Source: Actinomycetota bacterium
GTDB taxonomy: Bacteria > Actinomycetota > Actinomycetes > Actinomycetales > Microbacteriaceae
Direction: 5' to 3'
Assembly: GCA_040389685.1 (NCBI GenBank)
Contig: JAZJZS010000013.1
Span: 107 to 64,106, forward strand
DNA length: 64,000 bases
Shown here: in pieces, positions 48,307 through 58,110 of the stretch
Layout of the letters: each line of letters starts with the position of its first letter
How positions within the stretch are numbered: the first letter of the stretch is position 1
The notes under the pieces: model-generated
The model's database searches: none
The model's input: the letters and a program-made list of their open reading frames with translations, nothing else
What the model was told of the DNA's origin: nothing
Program-made: the position numbers and the translations under genes

Positions 48307-49773
48307 CTAGTGCGAGCTTCCCTCGGACTCGATCTCGGTGCGGTCGCCGCTCCACAGCGTGTGGAAGACCCCCGGCTTGTCGGTGCGCTTGTAGGTGTGT
48401 GCGCCGAAGAAGTCGCGCTGCCCCTGGGTGAGGGCGGCGGGCAGGCGGTCGGCACGGAGGCTGTCGTAGTAGGCGAGCGATGAGGCGAACACCGGCGCGG
48501 GGATGCCGACGTGCGCGGCATCCGCCACCACGTTGCGCCAGGAATCCTGGGCCTTCGCGACGACGTCGGTGAAGAACGGCGCGGTCACGAGGGAGACGAG
48601 TCCCGGGTCTGCCGCGTAGGCCTCGGTGATGCGGTTGAGGAAGCGGGCGCGGATGATGCAGCCACCCCGCCAGATCCGCGCGATCTCGCCCTTCTTGATG
48701 TCCCAGCCGTACTGCTCGGCTCCGGCGACGATCGCGTCGAAACCCTGACTGTAGGCGATCACTTTGGAGGCGTAGAGCGCCTGGCGCACTCCCTCGATGA
48801 AACCGTCGACGTCTTCGACCGGCTCTTGCGACGCGGATGCGGTTGGCCCGGGGAGCGCGGCGGCCGCGGCCCGCTGGGCCGGCTTCGACGACACGGAGCG
48901 GGCGAACACGGCCTCCGCGATGCCCGAGACGGGGATGCCGAGGTCGAGCGCGGTCTGAACGGTCCAGACGCCGGTGCCCTTCGATCCGGCCTGGTCGAGG
49001 ATGACATCGACGAGAGGCTTCCCTGTCGAAGCGTCGACCTGGCGAAGCACCTCGGCGGTGATCTCGATCAGGTAGCTCTCGAGCTCGCCCGTATTCCACT
49101 CGGCGAAGATGTCGGCGATCTCGGCGGCGGACTTGCCCGTGCCGCGGCGGATCAGGTCGTAGGCCTCGCCGATGAGCTGCATGTCGGCGTACTCGATGCC
49201 GTTGTGGATCATCTTGACGAAGTGTCCGGCGCCGTCGTGGCCGACGTGGGTGACGCAGGGTTCTCCGTCGACGACCGCGGCGATCGACTCGAGGATGGGG
49301 CCGAGGGTCGTCCACGCCTCATCAGACCCGCCGGGCATGATCGACGGGCCTTTGAGCGCACCCTCTTCGCCACCGGAGATGCCGGCGCCGACGAAGTTGA
49401 TCCCGGTCTCGCGCACGGCCTTCTCGCGGCGGATCGTGTCGGTGAAAAGGGCATTGCCGCCGTCGACGATGATGTCGCCGGGCTCGAAGACCTTGACGAG
49501 TTCGTCGATCACGGCATCCGTCCCGCGGCCAGCCTGAACCATGATGAGGGCGGCGCGGGGCTTGGTGAGTGAGGCGGCGAATTCGGCGTAGCTCGACGTG
49601 CCGATGAAGTTCGCTTCGGGATGCTCGGAGAGCAGGGTGTCGGTCTTCTCGTGGCTGCGGTTGAACACCGCGACGGTGTTCCCCTCGCGGCTCGCCAAGT
49701 TGCGGGCGAGGTTCGACCCCATGACGGCGAGCCCGACGACTCCGATGTTTGCCTGTGTGGTCTGATCAGTCAT
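48307..49773 (-). CDS. gndA: NADP-dependent 6-phosphogluconate dehydrogenase
   Basis: GLAVMGSNLARN, VFNRS, DGGN, SGGEEGALKGP, VKMIHNGIEY, WRGGCIIRA, QRDFFGAHTY. Confidence 0.97.
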   Translation of the reverse strand: MTDQTTQANIGVVGLAVMGSNLARNLASREGNTVAVFNRSHEKTDTLLSEHPEANFIGTSSYAEFAASLTKPRAALIMVQAGRGTDAVIDELVKVFEPGDIIVDGGNALFTDTIRREKAVRETGINFVGAGISGGEEGALKGPSIMPGGSDEAWTTLGPILESIAAVVDGEPCVTHVGHDGAGHFVKMIHNGIEYADMQLIGEAYDLIRRGTGKSAAEIADIFAEWNTGELESYLIEITAEVLRQVDASTGKPLVDVILDQAGSKGTGVWTVQTALDLGIPVSGIAEAVFARSVSSKPAQRAAAAALPGPTASASQEPVEDVDGFIEGVRQALYASKVIAYSQGFDAIVAGAEQYGWDIKKGEIARIWRGGCIIRARFLNRITEAYAADPGLVSLVTAPFFTDVVAKAQDSWRNVVADAAHVGIPAPVFASSLAYYDSLRADRLPAALTQGQRDFFGAHTYKRTDKPGVFHTLWSGDRTEIESEGSSH

Positions 49774-49854
49774 GTCTGTCTCCTGGATCTAGCCGCGGCG
49801 AAAAGTACCGTTCTCAGGGTAGTGCGTCCCCTGGGGCGGGTTACTGTGTGGGTC

Positions 49855-50355
49855 ATGACCGCTTCGCCCCTCCTCGTGGTCATGGGTGTCTCGGGCTCCG
49901 GCAAGACCACGGTCGGGATCGCGCTCGCCGCGGCGCTCGGTGTGCCGTTCCAGGATGCCGATGACCTGCATCCGGCCGCGAACGTCGCCAAGATGGCCGC
50001 GGGCATCGCACTCACCGACGCAGATCGGATGCCGTGGCTCGCCCTCGTCGGAGCGGAACTCGCCGCCGCTCCCGAGGGTCTGGTTATCGCGTGCTCTGCA
50101 CTCAAGCGGGTGTACCGTCAGGCGATTCTCGCGGCGGCGCCCTCCACCCGGTTCGTCTTCCTCGACGGCTCGCGGGAGCTGCTCGAGTCCCGAGTGCAGC
50201 ATCGTCGGGGGCACTTCATGCCGGCATCACTGCTCGCTTCGCAGCTTGCCGCACTCGAGCCCCTCGCTCGGGACGAGCCCGGAGAGCGGGTTTCACTGGA
50301 CGAGCATCCGACGGTGCCGTCGATCGTCGCGCTGCTGGTCCCGCTGGTCGAGTAG
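49855..50355 (+). CDS. gntK: Gluconokinase
   Basis: VMGVSGSGKT, DADDLHPAANVAKM, LTDADR.PW, CSALKR, HFMPASLLASQLAALE. Confidence 0.92.
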   Translation: MTASPLLVVMGVSGSGKTTVGIALAAALGVPFQDADDLHPAANVAKMAAGIALTDADRMPWLALVGAELAAAPEGLVIACSALKRVYRQAILAAAPSTRFVFLDGSRELLESRVQHRRGHFMPASLLASQLAALEPLARDEPGERVSLDEHPTVPSIVALLVPLVE

Positions 50356-50381
50356 GTCACTCTAACGACCGTATCGAGACC
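50342..50381 (+). repeat. REP-family element overlapping the gluconokinase stop
   Basis: CGCTGGTCGAGTAG-GTC..GAC-CGTATCGAGACC. Confidence 0.8.
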
Positions 50382-50562
50382 CGACCCCAACACCGCCAAT
50401 ACCCATGTAAACTTTCACACTGTACTTCGGCGAGGGATGCCATGCATCCGTTATCGACGCGGTGGATCCGGCACGTGGCTGCTTTCAGCCCCAAGTCTTT
50501 CCTCACGCTGATGCGTTCGAGTTGAAACCTATAGACGCGGGTTTGGCCCGCGAAGGAGAAAA

Positions 50563-51198
50563 ATGTCTGACAAGAAAGCTCAGAAAGAGCTCACCAACAA
50601 GATCGCGGCAGAATCGCGCACCACTTTCGGCAAGGGCGTCGCTCGCAAGCTTCGCGCCGCGGGCAAGGTGCCCGCTGTCGTCTACGGTCACGGCACGCAG
50701 CCGCAACACGTGAGCCTCCCGGCCCACGAGGTCGCGCTCCTGCTGCGCAAGGCGAACGCCATCCTGGACCTCCAGCTCGACGGTGGAACCAACCAGCTCG
50801 CCCTCGTAAAGGACGTGCAGAAGGACCCGCTTCGCCAGATCATCGAGCACATCGACCTTATCGTTCTTCGTAAGGGTGAGCGCGTCGAGGTCGATGTCGC
50901 CGTTCACGTGTCGGGGGAGCCGGCTGCGGGCACCGCGGTCGACCTGGACGCCAAGTCGATCACGATCGAGGCCCTCGCCACCAACATCCCGCAGAACGTG
51001 GTTGTTGACGTCGAGGGACTCGAAGCCGGAACCCAGATCTTTGCGAAGGATGTCGCGCTGCCGGAGGGCTCGGTGCTCATCACCGATCCCGAGGTGCTCG
51101 TCGTTGCCATCAGCATCCCGGAGGAGCAGGACCTCGGCGAGACCCCCGAGGTCGAGGCGACTGAGGATGCTCCCGCGGAGGAAGCTTCCGCAGAGTAG
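50563..51198 (+). CDS. rplY: 50S ribosomal protein L25/Ctc (long form)
   Basis: RTTFGKGVARKLRAAGKVPAVVYGHG, KDVQKDP, HIDL; acidic tail; AAGGAG RBS. Confidence 0.95.
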   Translation: MSDKKAQKELTNKIAAESRTTFGKGVARKLRAAGKVPAVVYGHGTQPQHVSLPAHEVALLLRKANAILDLQLDGGTNQLALVKDVQKDPLRQIIEHIDLIVLRKGERVEVDVAVHVSGEPAAGTAVDLDAKSITIEALATNIPQNVVVDVEGLEAGTQIFAKDVALPEGSVLITDPEVLVVAISIPEEQDLGETPEVEATEDAPAEEASAE

Positions 51199-51225
51199 TA
51201 GAGACCTTCGCTGCAAGAGAAGTCC

Positions 51226-51813
51226 ATGGACTCCACTCAGTGGCTCGTAGTCGGGCTCGGCAACCCCGGGCCCGACTACGCAAGCAATCGACACAATGTC
51301 GGGCAGATGGTCTTGGCCGATCTCGCGGACCGCGCCTCGGCATCCTTCCGCTCGCACAAGACGAACTCGACGGTCGCCGAGGGGCGAACGGGTCTCGAGG
51401 GGCCGCGGCTCGTGCTCGCCAAGCCCAACAGCTTCATGAACCTGTCCGGCGGACCGGTCGCGGCCCTGCTCAACTTCTACAAGATCGAGCCGGCGCGCTT
51501 GATAGTCGTGCACGACGAGCTCGACATTCCGTTCGACAAGCTCAAGATCAAATTCGGTGGCGGGCACGGCGGCCACAACGGCATCCGCGACATCGTCTCG
51601 GCCATCGGGACGGGCGATTTCACCCGTGTGCGGGTCGGCATCGGTCGTCCGCCGGGCCGACAGTCCGCGGCGGACTTCGTGCTGCGCGATTTCGGATCAA
51701 CCGAGCGTGCCGTGCTCCCCAACCTTCTGACGGATGCCGCGGATGCCGTCGAGTCGATCGCTCGCGACGGCCTCACCGCGGCGCAGTTGCGCTTCCACAC
51801 CGCGACCGACTAG
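51226..51813 (+). CDS. pth: Peptidyl-tRNA hydrolase
   Basis: LVVGLGNPG, RHNVG, KPNSFMNLSG, VHDELD, GHGGHNG, RVRVGIGRP. Confidence 0.97.
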   Translation: MDSTQWLVVGLGNPGPDYASNRHNVGQMVLADLADRASASFRSHKTNSTVAEGRTGLEGPRLVLAKPNSFMNLSGGPVAALLNFYKIEPARLIVVHDELDIPFDKLKIKFGGGHGGHNGIRDIVSAIGTGDFTRVRVGIGRPPGRQSAADFVLRDFGSTERAVLPNLLTDAADAVESIARDGLTAAQLRFHTATD

Positions 51814-51883
51814 CGCTGCCAGTCCCTGAGCAGCGCTGCCGGTCGCTGAGCGACCGCATTCAGGTTGTCCGCTCGTCGCAAAT

Positions 51884-52080
51884 TGTCGCCTGGGCGTCCC
51901 ACACCAGCGCTTTTTGACGGACGAGACGCCCGCCCGGATGACGCCGCAGCCTGCCTGCCCCGCCTCACTGCTGGCCCGGCCGTCACTTACTGTCGCCTGG
52001 GCGTCCCACACCAGCGCTTTTTGACGGATGACGCCCGGACGACGCCGGGATGACGCCCGGATGACGCCGGGATGACGCAC
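51884..52080. repeat. 38-bp direct repeat pair plus 11-bp tandem array
   Basis: TGTCGCCTGGGCGTCCCACACCAGCGCTTTTTGACGGA at 51884-51921 and 51991-52028; five GGAYGACGCMS units at 52026-52080. Confidence 0.8.
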
Positions 52081-52145
52081 CCGCCCCGGCGAGGCCCCGG
52101 CGACCACCCCCAGCACCGTCGCCGCCCGAGCGTAGACTCCATCGA

Positions 52146-55100
52146 GTGATACTTTCGGGCTTGAATTCTGCTCTTTTGCGCGCCCCCACGTTCGAAAATG
52201 CTGTCACATGGGCGTCCCGCAGCACGGATTTCTCCCTCGTCGACGGCCTCCGTGCCCCGCTCCTGGCCTCACTGCTCGCCGCCCGCGCCGCGAAGACCGA
52301 CTCCCCGCAGGCCCTGCTCGCGATCGTCGCGACCGGCCGCGACTCCGAGTCGCTGCGGTCCGCCCTCGCTTGCGTGCTGCCCGGCGCCCAGGTCGTTGAG
52401 TTCCCCGCCTGGGAGACCCTCCCGCACGAGCGGCTGAGCCCCAGCGCCGAGACAGTGGGCAAACGCATCCATGCCCTGCGCATCATGCGGCGCTGGCAGG
52501 ATGCCCCGAGCGGCGACCTCGTGATCGTCGCGAGCGTGCGCGCCGCGCTCCAACCCCTCGCCGACAACCTCACGAGCATCGAGCCGCTCGCTCTCAGCGC
52601 GGGTGGTCGCGGTTACAACCTGGCGGGCATCAGCCGCCAGCTCGTCGACCTGGCGTATTCCCGGGTCGACATGGTGACCCGTCGAGGCGAATTCGCGGTG
52701 CGAGGCGGCATCCTTGACGTCTTTGCGCCGGTGGCCGAGCATCCGTGGCGCGTGGAGTTCTTCGGCGACGAGATCGAACAGATCCGCCAGTTTTCCGTTG
52801 CCGACCAGCGCTCGCTGGACGAGCCGATCCGTGTCGTGGAACTTCCGCCGAGCCGTGAACTGCTGCTGAGCGACGCCGTGAAGCAGCGCGCGCGGGAGAT
52901 GCAACACGAGTTTCCGAGCCTCGGCCAGATGCTCGCCAAGATCAGCGAGGGCATCCCGGTCGACGGCATGGAATCGCTCGCGCCCGCCCTCGCCGACCGG
53001 CTCGTGCCGCTCACCCACTACCTGCCGACGGATGCCGCGATCGCTGTACTCGCGCCGGAGCGGGTCGCGAGCCGGGCTGTGAGTCTCGTCGAGACCAACC
53101 GCGAGTTCCTCAGTGCGGCGTGGAATGCCGCGACGGCAGGCGCCGAAGCTCCGATCGACCTCGATTCGGGTGACTTCCTCAGTATCAACGCGCTGCGGGA
53201 TGCCGCAGGCTCACGCAACTGGTGGACGCTCAGCAGCTTCGACAGCGGCGCCACGGGTCTCGATACGGGCGCTGATCGCCCTACTCGACCAGCGGGCGAG
53301 ACCGCCACCTCAGAATTCCGCGACGGTGAGCATTACATCCGCATAGACGCGAACCCAGTGCCCACCTTTCAGGGCCGGGCCGACGGGGCGATCGACTACG
53401 TCGGCGACAAGCTGCGAGCAGGTTGGACAGTCGTCGTCGTCGCGGCCGGGCACGGCCTGGTCGAGCGTGCCGCGGAGGCCCTCGGCGAGCACGGCTTCGC
53501 GGCGCGCATGGTGGACGAGTTCCCGAAAACCCTGGAGACCGGAGTCGCGTACCTGCTGAAGGCATCCGTCGAGCACGGATTCGAGCTGCCCGAGATCGAC
53601 TTCGCGCTGCTGAGCGAGAGCGAGTTCTACGGTCGTGCCGCCGGTTACGACACCCGCCAGGTGAAGAAGCTCGCCAGCCGCCGCAAGAACGTAGTGGACC
53701 CGCTGCAGCTCAAGGCAGGCGACTTCGTGGTGCACGAGACCCACGGCATCGGGCGTTTCGCCGAACTGGTGCAACGCGAGGTGTCGACCGGCGGCAGGAA
53801 TCCCGTGAAGAACAACCGCGAATACCTGCTCGTCGAATACGCGCCCTCGAAGCGCGGCTATCCCAACGACAAGCTCTACGTTCCCACCGACCAGCTCGAC
53901 CTGCTCACCCGCTACGTCGGGGGAGAGGCTCCAGCGCTGAGCAAGATGGGCGGATCTGAATGGGCGGCCCAGAAGGGACGCGCCCGAAAGGCGGTACGAG
54001 ATATCGCCGTCGAGCTGGTCAAGCTCTACTCGGCGCGCATGGCGAGCCGCGGCCATGCCTTCCCGCCGGACACCCCCTGGCAGCAGGAACTCGAGGATGC
54101 CTTTCCGTTCGCGGAGACCCCCGACCAACTCACCACGATCGACGAGGTGAAGGCCGACATGGAGCGTCCGATACCGATGGATCGCCTCATCTCCGGAGAC
54201 GTGGGCTACGGCAAGACCGAGGTCGCCATCCGTGCCGCGTTCAAGGCCGTGCAGGATGGCAAGCAGGTGGTCATGCTCGTGCCGACGACCCTTCTGGTTA
54301 AGCAACACATGGAGACCTTCGCCGAGCGCTTCGCCGGCTTCCCCGTGCATCTGCGCGCCCTCAGTCGCTTCCAGACCGACAAGGAATCCAAGGAGACGAT
54401 CGAGGGCATGGCGGATGGCACGGTGGACGTCGTCATCGGCACCCACCGCCTGCTCAGCCCCGGCATCGTGCTCAAAGACCTCGGCCTCGTGATCATCGAC
54501 GAGGAACAGCGTTTCGGGGTCGAGCACAAAGACGCGCTGAAGAAGTTGAAGACCAACGTGGACATCCTCGCGATGAGTGCGACGCCGATCCCGCGCACGC
54601 TCGAGATGGCGGTGACCGGCATCCGCGAGATGTCGACGCTCGCGACACCTCCGGAGGACCGGCATCCGATCCTCACCTTCGTCGGTCCCTACAACGACAA
54701 GCAGGTCGGTGCCGCCATCCGGCGTGAATTGCTGCGTGAGGGCCAGATCTTCTTCGTGCACAACCGTGTGACGTCAATCAGCCGGGTCGCCGCCCAACTC
54801 GCCGAACTCGTGCCAGAGGCGCGCATCGCCGTGGCGCACGGGCAATTGCCCGAACACGTGCTCGAGCAGGTGATGGTCGACTTCTGGGAGCGCAAGTTCG
54901 ACGTGCTGGTTTCCACGACCATCATCGAGACCGGTCTCGACATCTCCAACGCGAACACCCTCATCATCGACCGGGCCGACAAGTACGGCCTCAGCCAGTT
55001 GCACCAGTTGCGCGGCCGGGTCGGTCGCGGACGTGAACGTGCCTACGCGTACTTCCTCTACGACGCCGACAAGCCCCTCGGTGAGGTCGCCCACGACCGT

Positions 55101-55784
55101 CTCGCCACGATCGCCGCGAACAACGAGCTCGGCGCCGGAATGCAGGTCGCGCTCAAGGACCTCGAGATCCGCGGAGCGGGCAACCTGCTCGGTGGCGAGC
55201 AGTCCGGGCACATCGCCGGGGTCGGTTTCGATCTGTACCTGCGCATGATCGGCGAAGCGGTGTCGACCTTCCGGGGGGAAGTCGCGGAGGGCCAGACCGA
55301 GCTGCGCCTCGAACTCCCCGTGGATGCCCACATCCCCGAGGAATACGTGGAGAGCGAGCGCTTGCGCCTCGAGGCCTACCAGAAGTTGTCGACGGCGTCA
55401 TCGCCCACGGCATCCGCCGACTCTATCGATCGGGTGCTCGAGGAGCTCACCGACCGCTACGGCGAACCGCCCGTTCAGGTGCAGAACCTCATCGCCGTCT
55501 CTCGGCTGCGACGGATGGCGCAGAAGGCCGGCCTCTCGGAGGTCGTGACCGCAGGCGGCAACCTTCGTGTCGCATCGATGGAGCTGCTCGACTCGATCCA
55601 GATCCGGCTGCAGCGCATGTTCCCGGGCGCGCGTTACTTCACCCAGACGCACTCGGTGTCGGTTCCCCTCCCGGTGCGCCAGGGCATCCCGCTGGCTGAT
55701 GCCGACCTCATCGAGTGGACCGGCCGGCTGCTGGTCGCCATCTTCGGTGCCGAGCTGAAGGTGGATGCCCCGGTGCCGGAGTAG
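52146..55784 (+). CDS. mfd: Transcription-repair coupling factor
   Basis: FPAWETLPHERLSP, RGEFAVRGGILDVF, VVHETHGIG, GDVGYGKTEVA, IIDEEQRFG, SATPIPRTL, QLRGRVGR, DLEIRGAGNLLG. Confidence 0.98.
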   Translation: MILSGLNSALLRAPTFENAVTWASRSTDFSLVDGLRAPLLASLLAARAAKTDSPQALLAIVATGRDSESLRSALACVLPGAQVVEFPAWETLPHERLSPSAETVGKRIHALRIMRRWQDAPSGDLVIVASVRAALQPLADNLTSIEPLALSAGGRGYNLAGISRQLVDLAYSRVDMVTRRGEFAVRGGILDVFAPVAEHPWRVEFFGDEIEQIRQFSVADQRSLDEPIRVVELPPSRELLLSDAVKQRAREMQHEFPSLGQMLAKISEGIPVDGMESLAPALADRLVPLTHYLPTDAAIAVLAPERVASRAVSLVETNREFLSAAWNAATAGAEAPIDLDSGDFLSINALRDAAGSRNWWTLSSFDSGATGLDTGADRPTRPAGETATSEFRDGEHYIRIDANPVPTFQGRADGAIDYVGDKLRAGWTVVVVAAGHGLVERAAEALGEHGFAARMVDEFPKTLETGVAYLLKASVEHGFELPEIDFALLSESEFYGRAAGYDTRQVKKLASRRKNVVDPLQLKAGDFVVHETHGIGRFAELVQREVSTGGRNPVKNNREYLLVEYAPSKRGYPNDKLYVPTDQLDLLTRYVGGEAPALSKMGGSEWAAQKGRARKAVRDIAVELVKLYSARMASRGHAFPPDTPWQQELEDAFPFAETPDQLTTIDEVKADMERPIPMDRLISGDVGYGKTEVAIRAAFKAVQDGKQVVMLVPTTLLVKQHMETFAERFAGFPVHLRALSRFQTDKESKETIEGMADGTVDVVIGTHRLLSPGIVLKDLGLVIIDEEQRFGVEHKDALKKLKTNVDILAMSATPIPRTLEMAVTGIREMSTLATPPEDRHPILTFVGPYNDKQVGAAIRRELLREGQIFFVHNRVTSISRVAAQLAELVPEARIAVAHGQLPEHVLEQVMVDFWERKFDVLVSTTIIETGLDISNANTLIIDRADKYGLSQLHQLRGRVGRGRERAYAYFLYDADKPLGEVAHDRLATIAANNELGAGMQVALKDLEIRGAGNLLGGEQSGHIAGVGFDLYLRMIGEAVSTFRGEVAEGQTELRLELPVDAHIPEEYVESERLRLEAYQKLSTASSPTASADSIDRVLEELTDRYGEPPVQVQNLIAVSRLRRMAQKAGLSEVVTAGGNLRVASMELLDSIQIRLQRMFPGARYFTQTHSVSVPLPVRQGIPLADADLIEWTGRLLVAIFGAELKVDAPVPE
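53256..53294 (-). repeat. Complete REP-family element in frame within mfd
   Basis: Minus strand CGCTGGTCGAGTAGGGCGATCAGCGCCCGTATCGAGACC (39 bp); encodes GLDTGADRPTRPA on the plus strand. Confidence 0.85.
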
Positions 55785-55933
55785 CCTCCCGCTGGTCGAG
55801 TCCCCGGTGCCCACCAGTTTTCAAGGTGCAATGGGATGAAGAAGCTCATGACAGCTCGCAAATTATGCATTATAAGGCTGGCAACTTTTACATAATGAGG
55901 CTGGCGGATATTGATTTGAAGTAGAGTCTGCGC

Positions 55934-57205
55934 ATGGACGTTATGTACGAACGCCGTGTTTTGCAGGTCGCTCGCAACCGTATGGTCGATGAATCTGTCG
56001 TACTTCTCGAAGGCCCGCGGTCAGTCGGTAAGTCCACTCTCTTGCGTCAACTCGCTGAAGCTCACTACGCAGAGGTCATCGACCTAGACGACATGGCTGT
56101 ACGCCAAGCTGTAGAAGCAAACCCGGTTCTGTTTGCGGCGGGTCCGTCGCCAGTGTGTTTCGACGAGTACCAAAAGTTCCCACCTGTTCTCGATGCGGTC
56201 AAAGCAGAGCTCAACAAAAGAGACGCTCCTGGCCGGTTCCTGCTGGCCGGTTCCACCCGCCACGATGCGCTCCCAATCACCGCACAGACGCTGACTGGGA
56301 GGCTGAATCGCCTTCCGGTGTATCCGCTTACCCAAACAGAGATCGAGGCAACGGGTGTCAATCTGGTTCAGACCATGTTCGAGGAGCCCGAGACGCTCAT
56401 CTGGCGGGAAACCTCAACCACCTCCCGCGAAGACTACATACGAAGAGTCGCCGATGGTGGTTTCCCAATCGCTTTAGCTCGCAGTTCGCGTGTGTCAAAG
56501 AACCGGTGGTTCGACGACTACACGAAGCTCACCTTGGAACGAGATGCCGCTGAGTTCGCGACGATCAAAAGAGCTAACCTCCTCCCTGCATTACTCGGAT
56601 CATTGGCTGGGCAGACGGCACAAGTTCTCAACATCGCGAAGGCGTCTGAGAAAGCGGGACTGGACATGAGGACTGGTGAGTCTTACCTCCGGCTCCTTGA
56701 ATCCGTTTTCCTTATTCAACGGATACCTGCGTGGCGGAGCACGCTAAGCAACAGGGCGACCTCCACCCCAAAATTGCATGTGGTCGACTCCGGCGTCGCC
56801 GCCAGGCTGCTGCAACTCACGCCGGAGAAGCTCGCTCACAGAGACCCGACGTCGCTCACCGAGTTCGGGCATCTCCTGGAAACGTTTGTGCTCGGAGAGT
56901 TGCAACGTCACGCATCCTGGCTGGATGGAATATCTAACGTCTCCCATTGGCGGACCAGGGACAACGACGAGGTTGACGTCGTCATCGAACGCGACGACGG
57001 CCGGGTAATCGCTTTCGAGGTCAAGACCGGCACCAACATCCCGAGCAAGGAACTAGCTCCAATGGTCAAACTGAGAAACAAACTTGGCGACCGGTTCCTC
57101 GCCGGCACGATTCTCTACACCGGCGGACTCAGCTACACGCCGCAAACCCGCATTCATGTGCTGCCAGTGGACAGGCTGTGGAGAAAGAGCACGAGTTCGG
57201 TTTGA
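55934..57205 (+). CDS. AAA+ ATPase with DUF4143 / PD-(D/E)xK C-terminus
   Basis: LEGPRSVGKST, FDEYQK, LAGS, PKLHVVDSGV, EVDVVIE...AFEVK; visibly lower GC than flanks. Confidence 0.88.
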   Translation: MDVMYERRVLQVARNRMVDESVVLLEGPRSVGKSTLLRQLAEAHYAEVIDLDDMAVRQAVEANPVLFAAGPSPVCFDEYQKFPPVLDAVKAELNKRDAPGRFLLAGSTRHDALPITAQTLTGRLNRLPVYPLTQTEIEATGVNLVQTMFEEPETLIWRETSTTSREDYIRRVADGGFPIALARSSRVSKNRWFDDYTKLTLERDAAEFATIKRANLLPALLGSLAGQTAQVLNIAKASEKAGLDMRTGESYLRLLESVFLIQRIPAWRSTLSNRATSTPKLHVVDSGVAARLLQLTPEKLAHRDPTSLTEFGHLLETFVLGELQRHASWLDGISNVSHWRTRDNDEVDVVIERDDGRVIAFEVKTGTNIPSKELAPMVKLRNKLGDRFLAGTILYTGGLSYTPQTRIHVLPVDRLWRKSTSSV

Positions 57206-57484
57206 ACTATCGAGTGGCCTGACAAAGCACAATCTCGGCTCAGAATCACTTTTCCATCTCACTGGAATCGTAAGGCTGACGACGCGCCGCACCGGCTGCG
57301 AAGCTCCGCTCCAGGGACCACGCAGCCACGATCGGCGCACCCGTCCGACCACCAGCACGGCGGCACCAACTCAACCCGCGATGCAATCCGGCGCCCCTCC
57401 TTCACAAGTTCTCCCGTGCCCGAACTCTCCCCATTCCGGCCCACGACGCGCGTAGCCGCCCGACTTCCCCACTACCGTCGCGGC

Positions 57485-57838
57485 ATGAACCCCCAACCCG
57501 AAGCCACAGCCGAAACTCAAACTGAACCCCTGGTCGGCGGCGAACCGGCCCGGCTCCTCGCGGATGCGATCCGCAGCTTTCCCGTCAGCCTCAGCCCCGG
57601 TGGCGCGCCCCGTCTGCACAACATCGCGACCGGCCAGACCCGCGCGATGATCCAGCGCGCCTATGAGCGCATCGAGATCGAGGTCATGGAGGACAGGGCC
57701 AACTGCAGTTGCCCGGGTGAGCACCGCACGCTGGACGTGCACGAGTACGAGTGGCTCATCTACAGCGACCTGATGTGGAAGGTGAAGGTGGCGCTCGGGG
57801 AGACCGGCAGGGTGGAGGCTCTGTGGTCGAGTCCCTGA
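57485..57838 (+). CDS. Hypothetical protein with CxC-x3-H motif
   Basis: ORF with TACCGT -10 6 nt before ATG; NCSCPGEH. Confidence 0.6.
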   Translation: MNPQPEATAETQTEPLVGGEPARLLADAIRSFPVSLSPGGAPRLHNIATGQTRAMIQRAYERIEIEVMEDRANCSCPGEHRTLDVHEYEWLIYSDLMWKVKVALGETGRVEALWSSP

Positions 57839-57876
57839 CGGTAGCCGAGAGCATCCCAAATCGGTACCATACTGGG

Positions 57877-58110
57877 ATGAGTAAACAGATCGCGGTACGA
57901 CTGCCCGATGACCTGGTGGACTTCCTCGACCAGTTGGTCGCAAGCGGCGAAGAGGCGAGCCGCGCATCCATTGTCACGCGTGCCCTGAAACGTGAAAGGC
58001 GCCGGCTCGGCGCGCTCAACGATGTCGAGATCCTCAAGCGCCTTGGCGAGGATCCCGAGCTGATCGGTTTCGCGGAATACGCCAGCCGCAATCGCCCGGA
58101 GCTCGACTAG
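57877..58110 (+). CDS. mazE: RHH antitoxin, MazE-type
   Basis: KQIAVRLPDDLVDFLD...SRASIVTRALKRERRR; closely resembles mycobacterial MazE3 as recalled; coupled to toxin. Confidence 0.85.
   Translation: MSKQIAVRLPDDLVDFLDQLVASGEEASRASIVTRALKRERRRLGALNDVEILKRLGEDPELIGFAEYASRNRPELD

Noticed and set aside
51884-52028. 38-bp direct repeats as a mini-CRISPR
   Set aside because: Only two copies, a 69-bp gap that itself contains repeat units, and no cas genes or leader.
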